A stretch of DNA of 64,000 nucleotides from Chiloscyllium plagiosum (GCF_004010195.1 NC_057757.1:5014416-5078415), one strand, 5' to 3'; shown: positions 13,290 through 25,771, counted from the stretch's first letter. Numbers and translations: made by a program. The notes: a model not told the origin generated them from the sequence alone.

Positions 13290-13635
13290 TTTCCCTGGTG
13301 CCCTTGACTGTCTAAAGCACTCAAAAGCATTTCATGAGTACAATTGGCCAAAATTTGGTTCCAAGCCTCCTAATGAGATATTAAGAAGGGTTCCAAAGTT
13401 TGCTCAGTCAGAAGTGAGGAAGAAAGAGGCAAGTTTCAGAGCTTGGGATCTCTAGAAAATTAAAGTGATGTAGCAATTAAAACCAGGAGTGCTCACAGGT
13501 CTAACATTTGAGGAGCAGGAGGCATTTTGGAGACTTATCGGGCCAGAAATGGTCATAGATAAGGAAGGGCAAGATCTCATTGGGATTTGAAAACTCGGGT
13601 GACTGTTTTACACAGGCCATTGCCAGGTTGATCTA
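13290..13635 (-). mobile_element. old L2-like LINE 3' fragment
   Basis: similar to the 54990-55620 block, with an L2-type 3' end. Confidence 0.45.
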
Positions 13636-13924
13636 GTCCATTAATCCTCTGGATTCTCTTCCTTGACTGTTAAAGTCAGGTTCACATCAATTGGTGCAGC
13701 CACAGATTGAATGGTGTTGAAGAATCAATTCCTGGATTTGTGCATGTAGAATGTAATCAGTGGTTATTCCGTAGGCGCAGTGATGGCTCGATGTGCTATT
13801 GCTGACTGGCAGAAAGCAGCACCAGCTCAGGTTGATCGTGTCTAGACCTGTCAACCATCTCTGATGTGGCTTGATAATGTGTGCGCTCTAACCTTTTTGT
13901 AAATGTTAATATTCTATGCTGCAG

Positions 13925-14089
13925 CAATGTCGTCAGCAACAGGAGATAATGAAGGCCCTTCAACAGCACCAGCAGCAGAAGTCACCTGGCTGGAACAATC
14001 TTCCCAAGCAGTCGATGTCTGTCAAGTCATTACTGGAAATGCAGCAAGAGCTGCAGAAACAGCAACAGCAGAGAGCGCAGGCACGAGCA
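13925..14089 (+). CDS. GIGYF1: GIGYF1-like exon (QCRQQQEIMKALQQ...KSLLEMQQELQKQQQQRAQARA)
   Basis: ctgcag acceptor, GCA|gtgagt donor, 165 nt, phase 0-0; family motifs MKALQQ and KSLLE.Q. Confidence 0.9.
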
Positions 14090-14459
14090 GTGAGTATCCT
14101 TTAGTTCACCCACATGCAAATCTTTCCTCAGACAATGCCTTCCCCTGCCAAGCTGTTCCTTTTTGGGGCTGCCTCTCTTTCTGTCAGTGTGACATACACA
14201 TCGGTAAGGGCATTCAGCTGTGTCTCACACTTTAACCCAATCCTTCCTGGGCAGAGGGCATGAACACCTTCGTTGACAACTTGTGGTAATGTCACAGATC
14301 CTCCCAGAGTTTGTTCACATTCAGAAACTGTAATCAGGAAAGAGCTGTCACTGAGATGAAGACCCATCTCGGCTTTACCTCACTGGCACAGTTTAATTGC
14401 AGCATTGCTTGGCTGCCACCTCTACATCAAGCGGTGCATGCACTTCAATCTCTAGTGAA

Positions 14460-17400
14460 TATTAAGGGCTATTACAGAGATATGGCTTGGGGATGAATAG
14501 GATTAGCAGCTGAATGTTCCAGGTTATAGATGCCATAGGAAGGATAGAAAGGCAGTGAAAGAGGAGGGGGAGTGGCATTTTGATTAGGGATAACATTACA
14601 GGTGTACTTGGGGTATTCCTGTAGGATCGTCCAGTGAAGTTATACGGGTGGAACTGAAAAACCAGAAAGGGATGATCACCTTATTGGGATTGTTATTCGT
14701 ATTCCTCACCGCCGCCCCCCCCCCCCCAATTAGTCAGCAGAAAATTGAGAAGCAAATATAAGGAGATCTCTGACACCTGTATTAAAAATAAGGTTATAAT
14801 GGGGAGGGCTTTTAACTTTCCAAACATAACTTAGGACTGTCAGAGTGTTCAGGGCTGGGAAAGGAAGGAGTTTGTGTGCAGGAAAACTTTCTTGTTCAAT
14901 ATGTCACTGAATCTACTAGAGAAGAAGCGATCCTTATTTCCCCAAAGGAGGACAAGGCATAGCAAGTGACTGAGGTGTCAATGGGAGAGCACTTTGGGGC
15001 AAGTGATCACAATTCTATTAGTTACTAAAATACTGGTGGAAAAAGGATAGAATTGATCAAAAAGTTCAAGTTCTAAATTAGAGTAAGGCCAATTTTGACA
15101 GTATTAGACAGAAACTTTCAGAAGTTGACTGGGGATGCTATTTGCAGGTGAAGGGGTGATGGGTAAGTGGGAAGCCTTTAAAAATGAGTTCAGAGATGGT
15201 ATGTTCCTGCTAGTGTAAAGGGCAAGGCTGATAGTTGTAGGGAATGCTGGATGACTAGAGAAATTGCGGGTATGGTCAAGAAAAAAATATTTCAGGTATG
15301 GATAGCTGGGATTGAATGAATCCCTAGATTCCCCATAAGGGAAATAGAAGTATTCTCAAGAGAGAAATCAAGAGGGGCTTAAAGGGGACATGAGATAGCT
15401 TTGACAAATAGAGTTAAGGAGAATCCAAAGAGATTCTCTCAGTACATTAAAAGTGAAAGAGTAATGAGTAAAGAGCAGTGTGATCATCTGTGTGAAACCA
15501 CAGGAGATGGGTTAGGTACTAAATGAATACTTCGTTTCAGTATTTAATGTGGAAATGGACATGGAAGTGAGGGAACTGAGGGAAATAAGCAGGGACATCT
15601 TGAAAGGAGTTTGTATTTCAGGTGCTGGCGGTCTTAAGGAGCGCAACGGTAGATAAATCCCTGGGGCCTGATTGGGCATTTCCCAAACTTTTTGAGAAGC
15701 TGAATAAGAGATTCTTGGGACCCCTGTTGAGATATTTAGTATCATTGATAGCCATGGGTGAGGTGCCAGAAGACTGGAGGTTGGCTAATGTGCCATTATT
15801 TAAGAAAGGTGGCAAGGAAAAGCCAGGAAACTGGTGAGCCTTACGTCAGTGGTGAGCAAGTTGTTGAAAGGAATTTGCATGCATTCTGAAAGGTAAGTCG
15901 GTGCTGCATTTTGGGAAAGCAAGTCTTAACAGTAAGGCAAACCGGCAAACCACTTAATGGTAAGGTCCGAGGGAGTGTTGCTGAACAAAGACTTGGAGTG
16001 CAGGTTCATAACTCCTTGAAGGTAGAGTCGCAGGTAGATAGGATAGTGAAGGTGGCGTTTGGTATGCTTTCCTTTATTGGTCAGAGTATTGAGTACAGCA
16101 GTTGGGAGGTCATGTTGCGGCTGTACAGGACGTTGGTTAGGCCACTGTTGAAGTATTGTGTGCAATTCTGGTCTCCTTCCTATCAAAACTAGGTTGTAAA
16201 ACTTGAAAGGGTTCAGAAAAGATTTACAAGGATGTTGCCAGGGTTGGAAGATTTGAGCTATAGGGAGAGGCTGAACAGGCTGGTGCTGTTTTTCCCTGGA
16301 CCGTCTGAGGCTGAGAGGTGACCTCATAGAGGTTTACAAAATTGAGGGGCATGGATAGGGTAATTAGGCGAAGTCTTTTCCCGGGGTCAGAGTGTCCAGA
16401 ACTAGAGGGTGAGAGGGGAAAGATATAAAAGAGACCTATGGGGCAACTTTTCTCACAGGGTGTTACGTGTATGAGATGAGCTGCCAGAGGAAGTAGTGGA
16501 GGCTGGTACAATTGTAACATTTTAAGAGGCATTTGGATGGGTATATGAATAGAAAGGGTTTGGAGGGATGTGGGCTGGGTGCTGGCAGGTGGGACTAGAT
16601 TGGGTTGGGATATCTGGTCGGCAGGTTGGACTGAAGGCTCTGTTTCCATGCTGTACATCTCTATGACTCTCTGACTCTAAGTCTGATTTGAGATAATCAA
16701 CATGGCTTTGTGCATAAGAAATTGTGTCTCTCTAACTTAATTGAGGTTGTGAAGAGGTGGCAAAGAAGATTGTTAAAGTCTGCGGTAGGCAATTTCTAAA
16801 TTGACTTCAGCAAAGTGTTCAACAAGGTTCCATATGGTGGACTGGTTAGTAAGGTTAGATCTCTCAGGATCTGGAGGAGCTAACCAACTGGATGCAAAGC
16901 TGGCTTGAAGGTAGGAGGCAGACTGGTAGTAGAGGGTTACTTTTTGGACTGGAGGCCTGAGGCAAGCAGTGTGCCATAGGTACCGGTGCTGGGTCCTTCT
17001 TGGAAGTGAATATAGGAGGCATGGTTAGTTTGCAGATGACACCAAAGTAGGTGGTGTAGTGAACAGTGAAGATGATTATCTCAGTACAGTGAGACCTTGA
17101 TCAAATGGGCCAATGGGCTGAGGAGTTTAATTTAGATAAATTTGACGTATTGCATTTTGGTAAGGCAAACCGGGGTAGGACTCCTATCTTAATGGTTGGG
17201 CCGTGGGGAGTGTTGCCATGCAAAACAACAGGGGTGTAGGTGCATAGTCCTTTGAAAGTGGGGCTGCAGGTAGGGTGATGAAGGCGGCATTTGGCATGTT
17301 TGTCTTCATTAGTCAGAACAGAGTATTGGAGTCAGTGTCATATGACTGTACAGGACATTGGTGAGCTCACCTTTGGAATACTGCATACAATTCTGGTCTG

Positions 17401-17675
17401 TTTCCATGCTGTCTGACTTCAGAGGGGGCTGGTTTAGGTGAGAGAGAGATTTAAAAAGGAAAGGTAACTTATTCCACAGAGGTTGGTAAGTGTATAGAAT
17501 GAGCTGCCAGAGGAAGTGGTGGAGGCTGATACAAATACAGCATTTAAAAGGCATCTGGATGATTTATAAATAGGAAGGGGTGAGAGATATGGGACTAGGT
17601 CAAATTGGGATATTTGATTGGCATGGACGAGTTAGATCGAAGGGTCTGTTTCCGTGCTTTATAAATCTATGACTT
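14460..17675 (+). mobile_element. older CR1 LINE ORF2 (endonuclease to RT to 3' UTR), heavily mutated and interrupted by a younger CR1
   Basis: RGGGVA, GDFN-like, SDH, EVPEDWRLANV, QHGF and FADDTK remnants; 3' tail ~17670. Confidence 0.88.
15900..16680 (+). mobile_element. younger CR1 3' portion nested in the older CR1
   Basis: LHFGK...WEVMLRLYRTLVRPLL...; ends CTCTATGACTCT; host RT resumes at 16681 (LI.DNQHGF). Confidence 0.9.
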
Positions 17676-18232
17676 TATGGATGAGAAAATAGAAATGCAA
17701 GAATTTTTGGAAAACTCTCTTTCAAATTCTGCAGCTTGTATTGTCAATATTTTGCATTCCTCTTTTCCTCCTCTATTTCTTTATCCCTTCTACCACATCT
17801 TGTTCCTCCTCTTCATCATTCATATTCTTGTCTTCTCCTTACCATCAGCCTCCTCCCTTCATCCTTTCCCTTTCTCGTCAGATCTCCCGTTCCCCCTCTG
17901 TCTGTCTGTCTCCCCCTCCACTCCGCAGTGTCTCTACTGTTCCTATCACATACCATTTTGCCTCCTTAACTTGGCTGTTGTGCCCTTGCCCTCCACTCTT
18001 TCCTTGCTCCTTGTGTTGTACTTGTTTGACCTTTGTTCTTCACCCAATTCCTACTCAATTTGTCTGAAATGGACAGGCAGCTGCAAAGTAATTTCCTGTT
18101 TATTTCCCTTTGGGTTGGTCTGTTAGTTTGGTTTTGCAACCTAATGGACAGTGGCTTGGATATGTCACAGTGTTGTTTTACCTTAACTTTGCTGATTAGT
18201 TTCTCCGTCTTTTTTTGTCTGCCTGCCATTAG

Positions 18233-18429
18233 CATTCCAGTATGCCTATGAACAACTCATCGGTGTGGGGATTGCCTGGCCAGTGGGGGTCTGATATGAA
18301 CAGCATGTGGAGCATGCATGAAAATAAGAACTCTAACATGAGCCTTTGGGGTGATGAAGCTGTGAAGAGCACAGGCCCTGTGATTAGAAGTGCTGGACTG
18401 AAGAACAGCAGGAGTAGCCCCTCGCTCAG
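18233..18429 (+). CDS. GIGYF1: GIGYF1-like exon (HSSMPMNNSSVWG...GLKNSRSSPSLS)
   Basis: long pyrimidine tract ending ccattag, AG|gtttgt donor, 197 nt, phase 0-2; GLKNSRSSPSLS is the GIGYF1 motif as recalled. Confidence 0.88.
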
Positions 18430-19620
18430 GTTTGTCTCTGTTCTCCAAGCCATTTGGAGTGCTCACTTTTATCATGCTTAAATAAGTGGTGATGTTGGGC
18501 AGATGTTTGTGTTATCGAAAAATTTTAAAAAGAACAGTGTGAGTTGTGTTTTAGCATTTGGTTCATGAGAAACAGTATACAGAGCACTTTGCCCATTTCA
18601 AAACTCTTGGCTTTGACCATACTTCATCCAAGAGTCATCCAATATTTCGTCATCAAAATTTTCTTTCATGTCTTTGGGGTCGTGCGTGTCACTGACCTGG
18701 CCAGCATTCATTGCCCTAACTGCCTTTGAGAAGGTGGTGATGAGCAGCCTTCTTGAATAACTACAGTCCTATGGTGCTGGTAGACCTGCAGTGCCAATAA
18801 GGGGGCAGGAGTTGAATGAGGGGAGGGGGAGTCCAAGATTCCAAATTCCCAATATGTATCCGAGGTACTGTCAGAATTCAACCCCCTGGCATGTTGGGGA
18901 GTACCAGGGCAGTGCCGTGTAAACTGTCTTCGGTTTATTGAGTAACGCCTGTCTGGCTTGTTAAATTGAGCAGAACCAGTGATCAGTCTAATCCAACACC
19001 CCACCTTCTAGCTTCAGCAGTGACCCTTCTACCCTGCATCTAAATGGAGAAGAGTGGATATTTTCAAGATGAGCAGTTTCAATAGTGTAGGTCAAAAACC
19101 ATTATTCCTCAGTTTCCACAGGACCTGGATTTAAATTCATTGAATGGAAAAGAAAAAGACTTGGAGACTTTATGTTGGTGGGGGGGTGCTGTGCTGTAAT
19201 TTTTTTTTCACCATGTCAGGAATGGGAATGCTCTGCCTGAAACTCAATGATGGAAACTCAATTGCAGATGAGATTGTAAAAGGGAGTTGAGCAGATACCC
19301 AAAAATTAGGAACTCGACAGGGTCATGGACTAAGTGTAGAGATTTGAAATATAACCGTACTACTGCAATAGGTGAAATAGCCTGCATTTGTGCCGTATTC
19401 AATATTTTGCTTTTGTTAGCGAACAAGCCTGGTGTGTGTTTGATGTTTTATCTCCGTTGATTAATTCCACAAACATAAGTACTTGAAGGTTGTAATAGCT
19501 TGTTTCAAAACTTAGTTTTATGTAATTCACTTGGAAAGAGCCTCATATTTTGAACTTATTTGGTTACTGTATTGCTGAATACATGATGCCAAACCTTTTT
19601 TCTTCAAATCCCTTCTGCAG

Positions 19621-19778
19621 TGACTCGTATGGAATTCCTTCCAGACCGAGCAAAAAGAAAACTGAGGACGAGGAGAAGTTACTGAAGCTGTTCCAGGGAA
19701 TGAACAAAACTCAGGACGGTTTCACTCAGTGGTGTGAGCAAATGCTGCATGTCCTTAATACAGCCAATAATCTTGATG
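19621..19778 (+). CDS. GIGYF1: GIGYF1-like exon (SDSYGIPSRPSKKKTEDEEKLLKLFQGMNKTQDGFTQWCEQMLHVLNTANNLD)
   Basis: cccttctgcag acceptor, G|gtatgt donor, 158 nt, phase 2-1; invariant family motif QDGFTQWCEQMLH. Confidence 0.95.
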
Positions 19779-20865
19779 GTATGTATAAATAGTGCCTGTT
19801 TCTCTTCAGTCTATAACTCCCTTTGATGTAGTCCAGTAGGGCCTGGGATCATGTGCTCTGAAATCCTGCTGCAAAGATTAGTCAGGTATTTTTGTTTTGT
19901 CAGTCTGATTGTATTGGAAGGTAATATTCCCTGCTGTTGGTATCGAGAGCATGAGGCAGCTTGTTCGGAGTAGTGTGACTCTGCATTGCATCTGCATTGC
20001 ACTAGTAATGGAACCTTACTTCGAAGTTTTCATCAAGTGTTTATAAGGGATCTCGCACCTTATAATGGGGAGGCTAATGGATAACGTGCCGCCAAATTGT
20101 TCCGTGTGATGCCACCTATCGTAAACTCCTTGTCCTTCAACCTCTCCACACCCCCAGAGCACATACACTGCTTACAATTCACTGATTCAGTGTACTGGCA
20201 GCACTGGATGTGAATGCATTCACTGCATGCTGTGCCGCTTTCTGTTTTTGTTATTTGCCACCTTTGAGTCCCCAATTAAATTGGCCACCCTTGCGGCCTG
20301 TTTCTGCACCGAGTGATTCCATCCTGTCCTCTGTTTGAGTTTCCACCTTGCTTTGTTCACCTCTGCCATCTGATAGAAATGTAAAAATCTTGATCTGGAA
20401 TTCCACTTAATTCCTTCATCCTGAGGGATGGTCAGTAAGAGAGCATGTCCCCATTCTGATTTATTTTTCTCTGGTTTGGTTGGGTTTTTCTTTGGTCATG
20501 AAGTTTTGTGTTTTCAAAGCATCCCAACAACCAGGTGTGTGTTTTAGGCACTTTGCATCTGTATTGAGCAATCCTAGACAACGTGTGATAAAGTTCATGT
20601 TGCTTTATCTCAACTTCAGAAGAACAGCCTTCACTCAGGCCAGTGTTAAATTTTTCACTTTACCACACAGAATTGGGGCAGTTGTATGGTTTTCAGCCCA
20701 CCTTCACTCAGATCAGAATTACAACTGCCAAGATTTAACTTGTAAGTTGGACCTGAGAGAAGTAAACTTGGTTTGTGTGGATCTTTGGTTTGGACACACA
20801 GAATTTCTCATTTGGAAAGCAGTCTGACCTCATCAGGGTTTTCATGGGCTTCCTTGTCATTGCAG

Positions 20866-21032
20866 TCCCCACGTTTGTATCCTTCCTTAAAGAAGTGGAC
20901 TCGCCGTATGAGGTGCATGATTACATCCGTGCTTACCTGGGTGACACCCCGGAGGCCAAAGAGTTTGCCAAGCAGTTCCTGGAGCGTCGTGCCAAACAAA
21001 AGGCTAACCAGCAAAGGCAACAACAGCAACAG
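20866..21032 (+). CDS. GIGYF1: GIGYF1-like exon (VPTFVSFLKEVDSPYEVHDYIRAYLGDTPEAKEFAKQFLERRAKQKANQQRQQQQQ)
   Basis: gtcattgcag acceptor, CAG|gtagag donor, 167 nt, phase 1-0; near-identical to the conserved GIGYF C-terminal block. Confidence 0.95.
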
Positions 21033-22449
21033 GTAGAGTATGAATGATACAAATGCAGGACAGGCTCTGCTTTCCCATGCAACAGAGTACATCTTCCATA
21101 AGTCTGCAATATCTTTATTTTTACATATGTACCTAATGAATTGGCATTACATGGAGTTATGTTCCTTTTTTCAAACAACTGAAACCACTTTAGAAACCGG
21201 CAATCTTTTAATTTTATTTTTTATTTCATGTTTTCTCCATTCAGCCTTTACTTTTGGCTAGGGTTAAATTCTCCAGCTCGCTCACTAGTAATTTATTCTG
21301 TAGCTGTTTTTCTTTGGTTCAACATCCTCTGCACATTGTGGGAGAATAGCCCAGCTTCAAAGAATCTTAATTATTACAGCACAGAGGAAGACCATTCTCC
21401 ATTATACTTGCACGTCAACTAACGTGATTGGAAAAGCCAGTAACAATATTATGAAGCCTCGAGCCTGCACTTAGCTTTTTATATTTTGAGCTTAGGTTGC
21501 CAAAATTTGGGGCCAGGTTTTTTTGTACTCCACAATGTAAAGTTGGGTAGAGCATTGAATCTATCATCCATCCAACAGCTCTTTAGTTTCTTTTTGTTGT
21601 TTGTTTAGAAAGCTAGGAGAGGTTGATTAATGTTAGGCAAAATATCAAACAAAGCTGACAGCATTGAACAGGCAGGCAATTAATTGCACAATAAAACTAT
21701 TGAGTAGGTCCTTGGCCTTGGAAACTGTCTTGCATCATAGACTATTTCCAAAGTAGCACCAATTTAGAAAGGAGAGCCCCCACCCCCATGTGATGCATGT
21801 GGGTACTGTATGGTGGGATGCCTAACTCGTCCCCAAAGTAGAAGTCTTGTGGCACCCTGCCTCTAAGCCAGAAAGTCCAGGTTTGTGTCCAACTCCAGGA
21901 CCTGATGGCCACAGAAGGTGCATTTGTAACATGGCCAAGCATTGGTAGTCAGCCTGTTAATCTCGCACTCTGCCAATGGACTGTTGGAAAGAGCAGAAAA
22001 GTTTCCTGGTCAACTGTGCAGTGGATCCCAGCCCAGGATTAAATGGAAAAGGTTAGCCGCAAGGAGGACCAAACTGGCTATAAAACCTGCTTCCAAAATG
22101 AGCATTGTGGCAACCCTGCATAACATGGATAAAAGCAGAAAGGAAACCAGCACCACCCCACCCTGGCCAAGCGAGTGGTGACTGCCCTCAATCAAAGGCC
22201 AGAAATATTTTTTTTGGAAGGGTTACGTTTTTGAGTCCTTGTACTTGCTGAAACAAAAATTTATTCTTAAAATTATGGGCAAGGCTAACTACTGGCATTC
22301 ATTCCACCCATACACATACACGCGCATGCTTTGAATCACTGCAGTTCCTGCTATCATGGCAGGTAGGTCAGGACGTCCAGCATTTTGGCCCTGTAGTATT
22401 GAAAGGAGCAGCAAGAGGTTTTCTTTTATATTCTTTGATCAGATATAGA

Positions 22450-22760
22450 CATCGCTGGCAAGACCAATATTTGTTGTCTGTCCCTAATTGCCTTTGAACT
22501 GAATGGCTTGTTCTGCCATGTCAGAGGCTGGAAACACATAAGCCATATCTGGTAAGGGCAGCAGATTTCCTTCCAATGAAACAAATTGTTTTCTACGTCA
22601 GCTACCAATAGTCTAAGGAATGGTGTCAGTGACACCAGATTTCAGATTCAGGTATATTAATTGATTTTAAATTCTGCCAGCTACTGTGCTGGGATTTGAA
22701 CCCGTGTCTGTGAAGCATTAGTTTGGGTCTTTGAATAGTTCATTGACATTACTATTACCA
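22450..22760 (-). mobile_element. second shark tRNA-SINE family copy; host of the Penelope-like hairpin insertion
   Basis: GGATTTGAACCC box-B-like sequence (minus); head continues after 23146. Confidence 0.55.
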
Positions 22761-23131
22761 GGAGAAAGTGAGGTCTGCAGATGCTGGAGATCAAAGTTGA
22801 AACTTTATTGCTGGAACAGCACAGCAGGTCAGGCAGCATCCAGGGAACAGGAGATTCGACGTTTCGGGCACAGGCCCTTCCTGAAGAAGGGCCTGTGCCC
22901 GAAACGTCGAATCTCCTGTTCCCTGGATGCTGCCTGACCTGCTGTGCTGTTCCAGCAATAAAGTTTCAACTTTGATCTCCAGCATCTGCAGACCTCACTT
23001 TCTCCTCGAAGATTTCAACCTACTGCGAATCCTCTTACAAGGATGCCTTCCTTGAAGAAGCTCTCTGCCTCTCTCTACAAAGATCTCAGTGAGTCCCTCT
23101 CTCACTGCACACCCCAGGTCATCTCCTCTGC
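22761..23131 (+). mobile_element. Penelope-like element remnant with inverted pLTRs (perfect 121-bp arms) and 15-bp TSD
   Basis: 22760-22880 is the exact reverse complement of 22886-23006; ACATTACTATTACCA duplicated at 22746-22760 and 23132-23146. Confidence 0.85.
22878..22911 (+). ncRNA. minimal type-I hammerhead ribozyme motif (PLE-type)
   Basis: TTC-CTGAAGA-A-GGGC(CTGT)GCCC-GAAA-CG-TC-GAA: CUGANGA and GAAA cores, stem II, palindromic ACGU stem III, GUC cleavage triplet. Confidence 0.75.
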
Positions 23132-24017
23132 ACATTACTATTACCACACTACTCTACTATCTTCCCTCTAATTTGGAGAAGATTTTATACCCAGACACTT
23201 GCTATCTTTGTTTTTCTCAGTGGTTGAGACCCCAGTTTTTGAAGGAGTGTTGAGTTGTTGCAGCGTATCAATGTAGATGGGCTGCTTATCTTTAAAGATA
23301 ACAGTCTTATCCTAATCTCTAAGTTTATAGCTCTCTGCTTTATTTAATTAAAGCAAACTGGTGTGAGCACTGGGGACAGGCAGTGTGAGGTAGGAGGCCA
23401 AGTCTTGCATCAATGTGATGCGATGTCTACAGGATGTACACTATTTGGAGAATGAAGTCTATACAGGGTGTGACAAGATCTGTGACCTTATCTCACACGC
23501 CCACTGTGTCATCGTACTCTCTTTTGGCAGTTGCTAGTGTTCGATTTTTATCTGCCTCTTGGTTATGGGACAGTTTATGGAATAGAGGGGAAACTCATGG
23601 CGGTGATGGGGGAACTGAGTAAGTTTGAATTGTCTTCAGTGCAAGTAACATTCTTCAAACCTATGACTAAACATAATGTGGGGGTTCCATGCAGTTGGGT
23701 CAATAGTTACTGATTAAGGTCTCCATGTTGGTTATGTATAGTTGTATATGGAAAGCAGTTGTATATCAGCAAACATCAGTTAGTAACTAGCCTCATCCTG
23801 AATAAGCACTTTATCTTCTGAGCACTTGGGTTGTGAGGGCAAATTCTGGGAAAATATCTCCCTCCCTCCCTGCCTTTTTATCCTTGCCTCATGGGTTTCC
23901 TGATCTTTGGGGGGGATATGTCCTATCACTGAATCATGTGCCACAGTAATGTGCAGCGGACAATGTGTTTGGATCGAATTCCCTGAGGATTTATGGTGTT
24001 TTCCCTTTCTTTCCTAG

Positions 24018-24077
24018 TTAACAAAGGAACTTTTAAGCCTCACTGGGAACCTCGCTCTGCAGCCTGACAGGTTACAG
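24018..24077 (+). CDS. GIGYF1: candidate in-frame (possibly alternative) GIGYF1 exon LTKELLSLTGNLALQPDRLQ
   Basis: strong acceptor tttttccctttctttcctag, CAG|gttagc donor, 60 nt, stop-free, phase 0-0 inside a phase-0 intron. Confidence 0.6.
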
Positions 24078-25771
24078 GTTAGCATGGAACTTTTTTTTTC
24101 CAGCCTATCTCGTTGCTGCCATAGACAGCAGACCAAGTGAAGGATTGTGTTTTGGTGATGTTTAATGGCTCTTGAGTCTGGTGAAAGCTGTTACTTGTTC
24201 AAAGGATGGTATATCAGGCCACCCAACCCAAGGAGGAATGCTAAATACTTAGTCACAAGTAATGTTTTGCATGACCATTCTAACTTGGTATACTTACTTT
24301 ATTCATGTGTATTTTGGATTATAGAACAGTTCAGTTTAAAGCATGTATTTTGGAAATTGACTATAGAAAAGAACTGTCTTTTTTTTTAAAACAATTATAT
24401 TAAATAAATTGCCATAATCAGATGAAGCAAACAGCATGAATCTCACCATATCACCTTGAGGAAGAGTAGATGTGAAGAGGGCAGACCTTAGAAAGATTGT
24501 AAGGTTGGAGGAAAGGGATGTAGGTGACGGTGTTATTTTGGGACTCAGTTTCAAAGAGTGTAGTCTGACAGAATGGAACTCTGACATTGGCATGAAGAAA
24601 AGGAGGTGGGCAGGAATCAGCCTGTGACCTGGATTGGATTAAGAACTGGCGGGATGCAGAAGTTGAAGTTGGAAGCATTGTGCTGCAAGGAATCAGTGGA
24701 AGCCAGCAAAGACTGGGGAAGGTTGGTGTGTGGAAATGGATGTGATAAAGGAGGAAAAATAATTGAACTCTATAAATTTCAGCGTTAGCTGGGATTGTCG
24801 TGGCTGGCCAGAAGAGCTGCTGTCAATTTCAGTAGGTGATTTTTGTTGCCTCAAAGAGTTTTACTATCAAATTGATGTTGAATGAGGGCAAATGACCCAT
24901 TGAACAGCTTAAACGATGCATTGTTGAGATACAGCAAATAGTCTGAGCCTAGAGTTTGGTGCCAAACATCCTAAACTTGGCCGCCATGTCAGATTTCCCA
25001 GTTGCCACGGCCTGCAGCAGTTTCTCAGGCTGTGATGTGCAGCCAACAGCAGTGTCGATAATGTGACTTTTCATGCTTAGAGTGAGTCATGAATAGGCTA
25101 ACCTTTGAAGGCTGTCACTCCCCCTCATCATCCATTGTTGTGCCATATAATCAAAATGGCTCCAAACCTGCTATCTGTTTTAGCGATAAGAGCATGTGTG
25201 GAATAGTTCCCACATAAGCAGCATCCACTGATGCTCCCAGTTGAGTACTGCACACATCGGCCACCTGACCACCGCAATATTTGCCTCATGACTTACCTAA
25301 CGGAAATAATTCTGTAACTTTCCAAAGTTGGATTGGGATGAGTTGGGGAGAGGGGTATGAAAAGGGAGCCAGGTGTGACTTAATGTTGCTTTGTGTGGAG
25401 CGATATTGGCGGGTCCTGACTTTGCGATTTGGTCACTGGTTCTGTCCTGCTTTTCCCTTAGCTTGCTCTTTGCTGAAGATGCCAGCTCATGAAGGGTTCA
25501 ATTTCCACACATGCTGGTGGCCTTATGGCCTTATCCAAGTAATAGGGACACTTGTGCCCAGCCTCAGTTGCCTGTGGAGGCAGCATGTAGACTTCCACGA
25601 GGGCTCAGGAGTTGAAGCAGAGACTGCGTGTGCTTCCTGTCCTCATTAGCAAATCTTGCCCCCACAAGTCAAGGGGCACTGAATGCAACCCTACTGCCCA
25701 CACAACTGATTACAGTTGCTCCTTAAAAGGATTGTGACAAACTAATTGTGTGATGGCTTCTCTTGTGCCAG

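Noticed and set aside
17677-18126. hydrophobic 149-aa ORF resembling a membrane protein
   Set aside because: Translation of an intronic C/T-rich tract.
22781-22985. near-identical 64-aa ORFs on both strands
   Set aside because: A trivial result of the DNA palindrome; no evidence of coding.
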